Both the position numbers and the translations under genes were made by a program. Positions 36,931 to 48,385 of a stretch of 64,000 nucleotides of DNA are shown here, in pieces. Under the pieces are notes generated by a model. That model was not told the DNA's origin. It did no database searches and was given only the letters and a program-made list of their open reading frames with translations. Location: assembly GCA_024679065.1 (NCBI GenBank), contig JAGIQG010000004.1, positions 85,002,001 through 85,066,000 on the forward strand, written 5' to 3'. The stretch's first letter is position 1, and the number at the start of each line of letters is the position of its first letter. The DNA is from Sphyrna mokarran. Lineage: Eukaryota.

Positions 36931-37018
36931 AGCGAGTGCCGCAGCAGCAACGAGAGTTCCCGGCAGTGACAGCGACTCAGTGAGCAGGCGATCCCCCTCC
37001 AGTCGCTGCGCTTTGCAC

Positions 37019-37048
37019 ATGGACAGCCGGCAGCCAACACTGAGCTGA
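37019..37048 (+). promoter_or_regulatory. Upstream ORF (MDSRQPTLS*) in the predicted 5'UTR
   Basis: This is the only ATG between the promoter boxes (~36900) and the main ATG. It lies 400 nt upstream and has G at +4. Confidence 0.5.
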
Positions 37049-37418
37049 GGGCTTTTCCCCTCCCAGAGAGACATCTCCACGGGGGTAAAAGGAACAGCAG
37101 TGGGGAGCACAGAGAGTCAAGCTGACGGCAACCACAGGAGTTGAGAGACGGCGAAGAGCCGTCACACGGATTCAGCGGGAGTGGTTGGAAAGAGAAAACT
37201 AAGGTACAATCCCGAGAGAGGGAGATACGTTCCTGTGGGAAAAGGGATACATTTCTGCCTTCACCCCAAAGACAGAGAGAGAAAAAACAAGGATACCATT
37301 CAAAGAGGGATACAACTCTTGAGGATACAGTCCCAAATAGCAAGAGAGCGGGCCAGTTACTGCTGAGAGATCCGCTCGTTTCCCGGAGATCACCTTCTGA
37401 CTTACCTCAGCCTGGAGA

Positions 37419-37537
37419 ATGGCTAAATGGGACTCGCTGTGGAAATATTACTGGGGAGTTGTATTCGCGCTGTGCAGGAGCGCTCTGCCTTTAGCCAAGA
37501 GTTTGGACACTGTCGCCTGGCATTCCCAGAACGCAAA
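37419..37537 (+). CDS. efnb1: Ephrin-B (most like ephrin-B1) coding exon 1: signal peptide and start of the receptor-binding domain
   Basis: Strong Kozak (gagaATGG). Encodes MAKWDSLWKYYWGVVFALCRSALPLAKSLDTVAWHSQNA-K, against human EFNB1 [24 protein letters not shown] and EFNB2 DSVWKYCWGVLMVLCR. Perfect donor AA|GTAAGT at 37538 in phase 2 within the Lys codon, as in ephrin-B genes. The class-B call is firm; B1 versus B2 is less certain. Confidence 0.88.
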
Positions 37538-40103
37538 GTAAGTTTGATTCAAATTGAATTCCATTAGGTAGGTACTGGAAACTTGGTCAGAGTCAGCTTG
37601 CTCTTTGTAACTGGAAACAGTCTCATGTTCTGTTTTTGTGAATGGAGTTCCCCCCCCCCCTCCACCTCCACCCCCACCCCCAGGCGCCCAGAGCCAGCTG
37701 CTGATATTACAAACTGTGAATCTCTTCACTTCCCTGGCCGCGGGGGGGGGGGGGGGGGGGGACGTGCAAACAGCAATCGGGGAGTCACAAGTGTCCCTGC
37801 CGACTTTTGTTTTACTTATAGGGAGGGCAGAACCAGATCGATTCTTGATGGCGGCAGTGAGAGGCTATCCCCTCTCCCGTTTCTTGTGTAGCTGCAGTTT
37901 AAATTGGAACCCAAGTGGACGTGAATCTGGCTCTTTGTTCTGTAGGGGTGGGGAAAGAGACAGGAGTAATTCCCCTTTCTCGCAGAGAACCTCACCTTCC
38001 ATACATCTCATCACGCTTTCTGAGAGGGGACAATGCAAAATGTCGAGGGATGGGTGGGGGGACCGTTGGTTGTTCAACTACAAAGAAACACTATTCCAAT
38101 TCTTTGCAGCAACATGCTCTCCATTCCGTGTGTAAAACCAGAGTTGTAGCCTTTCTTTCTCTTGTTGAATGTAAGTTTGTTAATGTGAAGTGGATGGGTG
38201 TTTGTCCCATCGTTAAAATCGCGAGTTAGCGTCCAAATATTACCAATCCCTCTCTCACCCACTGTATCCAATTGGGAGTTTAAATGTGCAGATTAGTGAT
38301 AGTATTTTTTGATGTAATCCATGTGGCTATTTGGACAAGCTCTCCGCCGTTCGGAGTTAGTTCCAGCCACCTTTTTGTACACGGTTGCGGGATCGTTTCT
38401 CGTCTGCTTCAAGTTTTTGGCAAGTTTGGATTGGGAGACTGATTCACGCGGCGACTCTTTCTGCAAAATAAAACACGGGGGAGAACTCCAGGCGGCAACA
38501 CCGGGAAAGAACCCGAGTCCGGAGTGGTTACTAACTGGTGGGATCAGCAAAGTCTATCCGTTACAGAGAAACCCTGAAACTAACTGGGGGAAATGATCGG
38601 AGCAAATCTCTGATTTGGGGTCAAAATCATTTCAATGTTTTAAAAGTGTAACTGGAATGCCGGTTGTAAACAATTTTTTTTTGGAGTTGAGCAGGATTGA
38701 TTCGCTCCTGTTAAGTTTCACAAAGAAAGAGGATGATGAGACAGTTTAATTTCCCCCACCCCCTGGCCGCTTGTATTTATTGCCGCCGCAGTGACCGGTA
38801 TCCAGTTTGGGATGAGAGGTTGCACTTTCTCCCTAAAGATGATGGGTATGTGCCAGGTACCCGTGCCCACCGCCAGCCTGCACACACAAAAAAGGTGGCG
38901 ATTGGTGCCCCATGCACACACGGAGATTCTAAGTCGGGGAAAAGTCACCCACACTGTAAAGCCGCTGGAAACACCAGACATTCCTAATGCAGTCTTGTAA
39001 ATCAAGAGTACAATGCATTCCATTTAATATACAGTACAATTCATTCAAGATAAGATTATACTGCACATTGCATTGGAATGTATTGTGCAGTGTACTATAT
39101 GCAATACAGTAGAATTCTGTCCATTATAATGCACCGTGTATTCACTAGAAAATGAAATAGCGTGTATTCTTGGTATATCTTACTGGAATATTGTGCTATA
39201 AAAGCTGTGTTGACATGACCAGGATTTGTCCGTGTCAGTTGGTGAAGACTCCAGTCTGTAACACTCGATCTTGTTATGCCTATTCCAAAATACTAACACA
39301 TTCAAAATGAGGAGCGAGAAGTGTTTTTGCATGGTGTGACAACCCATTCAGAAACTTGTGAATTTCAACACTTACCATGTGTGGCACAGTTTGCCTGCAC
39401 GCTGCCGTTTAAAAGAAAGTCCCAGGACACAGTGAAACTGGCAGTTCTTGAGTGGATTCGAGCAATAACAAATCACCTGCTATGATTGTTTCATAGTGCT
39501 TTAATGTTGGAGGGAATGAAGGGATTAAACAGCCGTCACACCTGCAATCTCATTTCAGGAAAGTAACTGTTCCATGAATGTATTTCCCCTTGGCGTTGCA
39601 AGAATGAAATTGACATAGAAATAGGACTGGGCAGGAGTGAGAAATGAAAACATTACTGATTAACCCACAGGTCGGAGAAATAAATACTCGGACCACTTTG
39701 TTCAGAATAGCAGAGGGCAAGAAGTCGAAGGTAAACATAGCTGGATCCTTGATAACATTACCCCTGACAGTTTATAATTCATACAAAAGCTTGTGAAAGA
39801 TGTGTCTTCCAGCACAAATTGATACAGTTGTGTCTTTTAATAAAACACTTCAAAGTAATTGGAGAGCAATCTGTCTTGCTCATATTTCCCCCTGCTCAGT
39901 CTCTTTCTCTCTCCTTCACACGCCACATTCATCCAGTCCATTCACATACATAGGTTTGAAAGATCAGACTGACCTTTCATTTTCTTTCGCTGTTGTCATT
40001 TTTAAAGAACGTTTGCCGGCAATAGCTTAAGTTTGGGTGAATTTCTCACTCACTTCGCCTCTACCCAGCTCCTCTTGACTTTGGTGTCGGAATACTGCTC
40101 ATC

Positions 40104-40122
40104 TCTCCAGCAGGTGGCGGGA
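40104..40122 (+). promoter_or_regulatory. Candidate CTCF site
   Basis: CCAGCAGGTGGCG at 40107-40119 matches the CTCF core consensus and lies at the downstream edge of the CpG-rich domain. Confidence 0.5.
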
Positions 40123-40575
40123 TGCAGCTACCCATCATATGGACGTGGTTTTCCCCCCCTTTCCCCCTTTCCCGCCCCTCACCCCTTACTTCTTCCTCGC
40201 CCTTGGCGAACTTTAGGGAAATCTGAACAGATGAGTTGAGCTTGAGAGGCAGGACCTTGTCATATCCTGCTGTATCCAGCTTCCCCACTGAGAACTGTTG
40301 AAAGTTACTCAATTGAGCTGAATAGAACAGGCGGTCCAAGCACTAAAGATGCTTTCTAATACTTTTTCTTTGTTCTGATTGCATGATCTGGGTATGTCAC
40401 CGTGCCCCTTTTATACTAATTGCCGGTTGGTAATTTTGTGAATCTGCTGTGCAATGATCTGAAGTATGGAGATCAAAAGAAATGCAGTTGCAAGAGAGTT
40501 GATCTGCACGTTTAGCTTGATGTGCAAGAGTATTTAATCCAATGAGTGATTTGTAGACCAATTATTAATAAAATA

Positions 40576-40891
40576 GGGGTGGCATGGGAGTATAGTGCTT
40601 AGCACTGCTGCCTCACAGTACCGGGACCCGGGTTCAATTCTGGCCTTGGTTCACTGTTTATGTGGAGTTTCCATGTTCTTCCCATGTCTGTGTGGGTTTC
40701 CTTTGGGTGCTCTGATTTCCTTTCAGTCCAAAGATGTGCAAGTTAACTAGGTTGGTCATACTAAATTGCCCCTTAGTGTCCGGGGGACTAGTTCGAGTAA
40801 ATATATGGGGTTATGGGGATAGGGTCTGGGTGGGATTGCAGATTCAGTGGGCCAAATGGCCTCCTGTAATGTAGGATTCTATGATTATATG
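40576..40891 (+). mobile_element. Full-length HE1-like V-SINE with CR1-type tail
   Basis: agcactgctgcctcacag, B-box gggttcaattc, V-domain, and tail gggccaaatggcctcc...ggattctatgattatatg. Confidence 0.9.
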
Positions 40892-41479
40892 GTTTTCTAC
40901 AACCAATGAAAGGAGATCTACAGGTCTACAGTTGATTGCATTCCTTTAATCCAATAGACCGTTTAATGTAATGTTACATTAAAAGTTAATCATCAGTGTC
41001 TTTTGAAATCTATATTAAGGTGGCAGCTTTGTCTCGATTTTCATCAAAGTTTAAAAATATATTTATTTAGAGTTGCCCAGCTCATTCACTCAGCTCAGTG
41101 AAATCCAAACTCCTCAAATTACAATTTTGGCAGTACTGCATTTGAACTGAGCTGAGATCTCATGCCTGGGGTACAGCAAAAACATACTGTTATCTAGCAT
41201 TTGTAACACAAGACAATACATTAAGGTGCACAATAGACAGAAATGGATCCTGAGCTATAGGTGGAGAGATACAAAGAGGCAACTGACCACTGAGTGTCTG
41301 GCATCTAGAGGGATGCACAGGGCAATTCTGTCCATTGGTTTTTGAACCACTAGACTGCCTGAAATGTCTTCTGTCTGGATAAATTAGAGTGTAAGAGTTT
41401 GAAGTCGTCCTTTTGCTTTGCGAAGGGGCTACTCTTTAGTTTCTCACTGTGTTTCAGTTCTGCATTCCCAATCTTTGAC

Positions 41480-42330
41480 AGTCCAGTTGAGAGACTAGTA
41501 AACAAGTAGGTGGACAGAGAAGTGGCAAATAACATTCAGTCTAGAGACATGTGAGGTAATGTGTAAACAAAGCAAGGTAATATTCTATAAATGGGAAAAT
41601 ATTGCAAAGAGTTGATCAAGTGATAGACTTTGGAATGCATGTCTATAGATTATTGAAGGAGGCAGGACAGATGGATTATAAATTAAATGGAATGCTTTCT
41701 TTATTGGGTGAGGTATTGAATGAAAAAGCAGGGATGTGATAAAGGAGCTGTATAAAATGCTGGTTAGGCCCTAGCTGGAATTTTGTGTACGTTTTTGGTC
41801 ACCACATTACAGGAAGATAATTTCTCTGGAGTGTAGAGGAGATTTACCAGAATGATGCCAGGCTCAAAATTGCAGCCATGAGGAGAGATTAGATAGGCCA
41901 AGGTTGTTTTCCTTAGAATAGAAGAAGCTAAGGAGTGAACTAATTAAGGTGTTCAACATTTATGAGGGGCTTGCATAGGGTAGAAGGAGATATTTGCTTC
42001 CTCCAGCTGAGGGGTCATGTACCAAGGGCCATGGACTTAAGTGATTGATAGAAGATTAAAGGGCATATAAGGAAAAGCTTTTCACCCAGAAGGTGGTGGG
42101 TGTCTGGAATTCACTGCCTAAGTTGGTGGCCAAGGATGAAATGTACAATCCATTTAAAAGGCATCTGGAGCTGCCTCTGAAGTGCCAGAACCTGCAAGGC
42201 TATGGGCCAGATGTTGGAAAGTGGCATTAAAATGAGCAGCTTGTTTATTTATCCTCTTTTTTGACCAGCGGAGACAAGATGGGCTGAATGGCTTCTTCTA
42301 GTACTATTATCTTTCTGTGGTTCGATGGAT
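41480..42330 (+). mobile_element. Old CR1 3' fragment
   Basis: LYKMLVRP*LEFCVRFWSPHYRK; FTQKVVGVWNSLP; 3' end gatgggctgaatggcttcttct. Confidence 0.85.
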
Positions 42331-42591
42331 CTACTTGTGAAATTGCTCCTGGGCTTGGTCATTGTAGCCATCTACAGCACAAAGCAGTGCATGATGAGGA
42401 GGAATATTTGACCTGATTGCCTGCCTCTCTTCCATTGCTATATTCACGGCCAGGCACCGCTGCAAAGGGAGCATTTGGTGGTGATTTGAAGCATTCCACG
42501 AGTGGTGGACACCAGAGGGGATGGATTGCATTGGTGACATCTGGAATGATGTTTTGGTTTAATTTGTTACATTTTCATTAAGTTACTTGTT

Positions 42592-42890
42592 ATGGTGGCA
42601 CAGTGGTTAGCACTGCTGCTTCACAGTGCCAGGAATCCAGGTTTGATTCCCAGCTTGGGGGACTGTCTGCATGAAGTCTGCACACTGTCCCCGTCTCTAC
42701 ATGGGTTTCCTCTGTGTGCACTGGTTTTCTCCCAAAGTCCAAAAGATGTACTGGTTAGGTGCATTGGCCATGCTAGATCCTTCTTCAGATTATCCGAACA
42801 GGTGCTGGAGAGTGGCAACCAGGGATCTTTCACAGTAACTTATTGCATGTTAATGTAAGCCTAATTGAAAAATAATGAATAAACTTTAAA
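42592..42890 (+). mobile_element. V-SINE, alternative-tail subfamily
   Basis: Same head, V-domain and ttcacagtaactt...gttaatgtaagcct...aataaacttt tail as the 16173 copy. Confidence 0.9.
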
Positions 42891-43059
42891 CTCTTTTGAA
42901 TCTAGTTATAATTTATGTTTATTGTTTGTGCCCCTTTAAAAAGAGGGTAATGTTAACTCGTTGATGACGATTGTCACTCTAATTAATATTATAAAATAGA
43001 TAGAAACTGAAATTCTTCTCAAAAAGATGGTGAGACTTTTAGAGGAGTAGATAGATATG

Positions 43060-44000
43060 TAAAAATGAAGGGGTTTAGGGAGACAGTGGGACTAAGTTGC
43101 CTAAGACCCTGCTATCAGTAATGGTCAAGGAAGAGGGAAGATATGAAAAGGAAGAATCAGCATGAGGGGATTATAATGAGATGACAGGATGGACAGGGTT
43201 GTAGAGGGATTTGATGAGGTTTAAATGTACTGCTTTGAGGTGGAGGCAGAGTCGGTGCAGGACCGTGAGGATTGGTGGGTGCGGAGAGTGATAATAAGTG
43301 AACATGACCTAGTTTCTGAGGAGACTTGAGGTTGAAGCTTATGGAGGAAGGGAGGTACTGGAATACTGAAGTCTAGAAATGCAGAGGAATGAATAAGAAT
43401 TTTAGTAGGACTGGGGCTTATGAGGGATAGAGGAAGGCATTGATGAATGAGCCCATAAATACACTGTTCATGAAGGATAGGATGTGGAAATTGAAGCTAA
43501 GCTAAGTTGAAGGAGACTTCATAGCATCATGCTGTTTTCTAGTCTGATTGAGTGGTTCAAATGGGCAATGGAATCCATGATTAGGGAGTGCATCCTTCAA
43601 CCAGCACTGGGAACAATATGTTTAAGCTTCTTAATGATTAGGTGGGAAACCTGTGGCACATCCCTAACTTGATAATGTACAAGCAGTATGAAAGCACAGA
43701 TATGGTTGCAGAGTAAATAAAGCTTTTGAAATGATAAAGCTGGGCTGCCAGCATTCATGTGGAAGCTGATCCCATGCCTGCAGATATTAAGGGTGAAGGT
43801 CTTTGGATATTCTGGAATTACTAGTGCAGGGCAGCAATGTAAATAATTACTGGGATATTAAGAAAGAAAGGATAGTCCCACTAAATTAGGCACCAAAGGA
43901 GGGTGATTAGGGAGAATTGCATGAGCTGCTGTATTGAATGCTGTGCCAAGGTTTACTGGGAAGGATAATGCAACATGGTTGTAGTTAGAGAACAACTCAG
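43060..44000 (-). mobile_element. Probable ancient L2-type LINE remnant
   Basis: Purine-rich + strand with decayed L2-like wording. No intact motif remains. Confidence 0.35.
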
Positions 44001-44032
44001 CAGAGTTACTATAATAAAACAAAAGATGCTCA

Positions 44033-44355
44033 GAATCATAAAATCATAGAGTCCCTATTGTGCAGAAGGAGACCAATCAGTCCATTGATTTTGCACTGAC
44101 CACAATCCCACCCAGGCCCTGTTCCTGTAACCTCATGTATTCACCCTGTTAGTCCTGACACCAAAGGACAGTTTTAGTACGGTTAATCTACCTAACCCAC
44201 ATCTTTGGAGTATGGGAGGAAACTGGAGCACCCAAAAGAAAAATATGGAGATATGAAGAGAACGTGCAAACTCCAGTCACCTAAGGCCGTAATTGAACCC
44301 GGGTCCCTAGCACTGTAAGGCAGCAGTGCTAACCACTGTGCCACCGAGCTGCCCG
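44033..44355 (-). mobile_element. Full-length HE1-like V-SINE
   Basis: Reverse complement of the 40576-type element (…ttgaacccgggtccctagcactgtaaggcagcagtgctaaccactgtgccaccgagctgccc). Confidence 0.9.
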
Positions 44356-45349
44356 TACTGTGCCACTGTGCCGATCGTGACGGAGCTAGGAGCTGCAATC
44401 AGCTATCCCTGTGCTGTATCAGAGCTGAAGTTCTGTTAAGCAGATGCTATAAATGACCGATCCAACCAGCAACATGTCAAAGAGTGAACTTTGGGTTAAT
44501 GCTTGGGGAGGAAAGTGCACTACAGTTTTGACAGTTGACAAATTAGCAGTTTTAGAAGGCTTGCTGCTTTTTTCTGCAGTGCTGCTTAATGCCTGATTAA
44601 AATGGGATAGTTGAGGGATGTAAAAACAAAGTTCCTGGACTAGACACAACAGAATGCAAGGAATGAAAGTTATGATCTGAGATGCATGCAAAAAAAAGTT
44701 CAAGAAACACGAACATTATTGTCTTAAAGGAGATGGACACCAAAACTAATCAAATATAGAACTGGTCTCAACAATTTCTTCAAAATATCTCTTTCTATTC
44801 TGAAGTAAAATGTTATTAATGTTGAGCTCCTGTCTTGTCAAATGTCATTTTAAATTTAAGACACTTGAGTTCAACCAAAATTGAAGTGTAAGACTCCTTT
44901 AATCTGCAGATTGTTGATATTTAATTAGGTATGAGGTGTTCAGGACCCAGATTACATTTCACCCAAAGGGTTTTTAAATATAGAATCACTTTTGCTGCTT
45001 GGGTCAGTCAGATTGCCTCCAATTGAAGGTTTAAGATCACAGTAACTCCTTAAAAGTATAGCTCCTTAAAAGAAACAGCTTTATATTTTTCAACATCAAA
45101 AGGGCACTTCTTCTCCTTTATTAATTCATTTAAATGTATCGTAATCTGGGTGAATCACTCAGTTTTAGTTAAACTATGTCACAAAAAACAAGCTTGCCAT
45201 ATATTGTTTCCTCTGATTTCTCATTTTTTGCTAGCCGTAAACCAAAATCCATTGTCTTCCTGCATTCTCGTGCATAATGTTAATAATCAGAGCATCAAAA
45301 TAAAAATCCTGATTGACCTATTCGGTTAACTATTTTAGATGCTGAGTGT

Positions 45350-45565
45350 CTGGGCCAAAGTAGGGCAGGATGGTCCTGTCTGTGCTCCATTAGCTGGTGA
45401 TAAAATTGCAGCAATTGGCCTTAGCCCCTGTGGGACAGGGAGTGAGGGAAGCACCTCCTGACTGCTTTTCAAGCGTTAGAACATTTGTGTCTGTTTTTAC
45501 ATGATGCAGGGATTGGTTTGGCATTGATGGCACCTCTTGTTGGATATCCTGCTGACGCATTGTCT
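45350..45565 (+). mobile_element. Ancient LF-SINE-like relic
   Basis: gtctgtgctccattagctg...gcaattggccttagcccctg...ggattggtttggcattgatg...tcctgctgac. Confidence 0.4.
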
Positions 45566-45671
45566 AAACCAGTTGCATGCTAGTCTGTTTGGAACTGTGT
45601 CAAAGTTAGGGACCAATAATCTTTTCAGGATAAGAGAGAGAACGTTTAAAGGAAAACTAGCAAAATGGTTT

Positions 45672-45922
45672 TTTTAAAAGTTTATTAGTAGGCTTACATG
45701 AACACTGCAAGGAAGTTACTGTGAAAATTGTCACACGCCGGTGCTTGTTTGGGTATGCTGAAGGAGAATTTAGCATGATTATTTCTCCTAACCAGCATGT
45801 CTTTTGGACTGTGGGAGACAAACGGTGCACCCAGACAGGGGGAGAATGTGCAGACTCCACACAAACAGTGACCCAAACCAGGAATTAAACCTTGAGTCCT
45901 TGGGGCTGAGGCAGCAGTACTA
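45672..45922 (-). mobile_element. V-SINE, alternative-tail subfamily
   Basis: agtttattagtaggcttacatgaacactgcaaggaagttactgtgaaaat...gaggcagcagtactaac is the reverse complement of the 42592-type element. Confidence 0.88.
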
Positions 45923-45984
45923 ACAAGAATAAAATAAAATGTTAACATTTTTATGGTATATTTTTTAACAAAGATTGCTGCACA

Positions 45985-46979
45985 GCTGAGATTTGGGGGA
46001 ACGCAAATACCATAGTGGGCCACGAGCGTGATTTGTGCATGCGTTCCCGCTGCGATAGTGTCTCCCAATGCCAGATTTCTGACGTCTGCTCTGTAATTAG
46101 TTTAAATCTCATTTAATATCATTTAAATGCAATTAGCGGGCCCGAAACTCAAGTCCTCTCCACCAGGAATATTTCACTCCAGCAGGTTTACAGTAGCTCC
46201 CCATTTCCGGGGAACTAGCAGTGTGACTGGCTAGAGGGAAGAGGGTGGGGAGGGGTAATCGGAGTTCCACAGAAGGCTCGATGCTGGGGTGCCCCCTCAG
46301 CATTGGTACCCTGGCAATGTCAGCCTGGACCCCTGGGCATTGCCCAAGGGGCAAAGTGGGCACCTTAGCACTGCTCATCAGAGGGCATGACCTTATGAGG
46401 CCCAGGCCATAAGGTGATTGGTAGGTGTGGAGGGTCCAGTTTCCACTCTGCAGTTGGGATCTGTAGGGGGAAGGAGAGAAGGCAGTGATCAGGGCGGGCT
46501 GGGGAGTGGGTCAGTAGATGGGGGGAGGGTGGCACGGTTGTCGGGGGGGGGGGGAGCACTGTCTAGGGGTGGGTTACTTTTGTGTGGGGCTGGAGATTGT
46601 GATAGGCTAGGAGGAGGGATGTCGGGGCTGGATCAGGAAATGGTGGGAGGCAGCAGTCGGGCTATAGCGGGGGGGGGGGGGGGGGAGTGGTTGAAGGCTG
46701 GCATTGTGGGGGTTGTAGAAGTGGCCAACAGTGAGAGGCCACTGCACGTGTACTGACAGATTGGCACATATGCAGTGTCCCACTCAGAGTGCTGATTTCA
46801 GCCTCTCCAGCGAGAATGGACCCCACTCCCTGTAATTTAATGATATTCACACTGGCGGCCTCTGCAGTGCACAGAATATGGGAGATTCTTCTCTGAACTT
46901 CCACTAAAAAAAACTGCATCAATTGCTCCCATTTTCGCATAAATCCGACACTTTGAATTTTTTTGGGAAAATTCTGGCC
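45985..46979. mobile_element. Harbinger-family non-autonomous element
   Basis: Right end gggaaaattctggcc with a subterminal region similar to 10140-10347. It has a G-rich interior and the shared tgggcattgcccaagg motif. Confidence 0.65.
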
Positions 46980-48197
46980 TTGCTTCTTAAACACAGTGCT
47001 GCTCAGTCCAATAAGATGTATAATCTGAGTAATCATCCATGCTTTAGGTGGTGTTTAAAGGCTATAATCTGAAAATAAATGAACAGAAGTTTGGAATTGA
47101 ACAGATCAAATAATATCTCAAATGTATAACACCTTATCATTCAGAAATTACTCCGTTTTAAGCGTACTATGAATATAATGACTATTATGTAAACAATCGC
47201 AGTACCAGACTAGATGAACAAATTCATCTATTTTTATGCTGTTGAATGAGGGATGGATCTGCTGCCAGAATAAAGGATCTGGATATAGTCTTGCAAGTGT
47301 CAGAAAGCAGTATAGGGATGCTTATCTGAACGGAAACGAGGACAATATGAAAAACAGCTTTTGAATAACTCAACCAAGGCCTTGAATTAATGTCCCATCA
47401 AATGAATATTGGGCTTTTTTCAAGTTGCAGCACTGGATGGGCAAAGGAACAAAATGATAAATTTCATTCAGATCTGAATCCCAGTATAGGATTATCGCTC
47501 TTCTATTTCTCAAAGATCAAGCAGGCTCCAGAAAGTTAATATATTTAAAACTTTGGTTGTTCAGAGATAGTTTAGAGAAATTTAATTAAAAGATATAGGT
47601 CTACAAAGTTCGTTACTTTCACTTTAGTCTCCTGCATTGCCCACCCCTGTCACATGATTAGATCGATGCAGAAGGTTGTTATTCTGTACACAGGATGTGA
47701 AGTTATGAATAAATATGAGGGTTACAGATCATTCCTTGTACATATTTTATTTTAACTCCAGTGATATTGTCTTGCTACCTAAACCTGAAGAGCCTCAGCA
47801 TGACAAAGACATGTCTAACTGTGCATTGCAGTAATGCTTGGGAAGAGTGCTGAATGAATAGGAGTACGTTTCAGTTTCCATTAAGATTCACTGAGGTGTT
47901 CCAGTGTAAATTTCTGTCTAGGAATTTAGACAGTTGCTGCTCCTATTGGCTTGGGAGCTAAATGCACTATCTAAAGTATCTAGACTAGGAAGGTATCAGA
48001 TGTGATGGCCAGAGGTAGGGTGCTGTGGCGCTCGACTCTATTGTCCTTAACATCATGGAATAGGAAAAGACAAAATCTGTCCTGGCAAAATTGCTACTAA
48101 ATGTGATCCAACTAAACCAAATACTTAAAAGTTGAAGGACAGAACTGAATTTAGTTGTGCTGTGCACTGATTTGGATAACCAATTAACATGCACTAA

Positions 48198-48385
48198 GAT
48201 AAAAGCAAATTACTGCTGGAATCTGAAACAAAAATAGGAAATGCTGGAAAATCTCAACAGGTTTGACAGCATCTGTGGAGAGAGAATAAAGCTAATGTCT
48301 GGATGACCAATTCAAAACATTAGTTCTATTCTCTCTTGACAAATGGTGTCAGACCCACTGAGATTTTCCAGTATTTTCTGTTTCT
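48198..48385. mobile_element. Penelope-like inverted terminal pair (imperfect ~65-bp hairpin)
   Basis: aaatgctggaaaatctcaacaggtttgacagcatctgtggagagagaataaagctaatgt is inverted relative to acattagttctattctctcttgacaaatggtgtcagacccactgagattttccagtatttt. Confidence 0.7.

Larger units (their letters stand above)
33480..40350. promoter_or_regulatory. Extended CpG-retaining, TE-poor domain around the ephrin-B promoter
   Basis: CpG is visibly frequent (33480-34430, 36340-38960, 40080-40340) compared with CpG-depleted flanks. No young SINE or LINE lies between 33410 and 40575. Confidence 0.7.

Noticed and set aside
36660-37343. Longest ORF in the track (227 aa, minus strand)
   Set aside because: It is antisense to the GC-rich promoter and 5'UTR, starts at a non-ATG codon and has no recognisable domain.
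40576-40650. tRNA gene-like A/B boxes (also 16173, 42592, 44280)
   Set aside because: These are SINE heads that run directly into the V-domain, with no complete cloverleaf or terminator.
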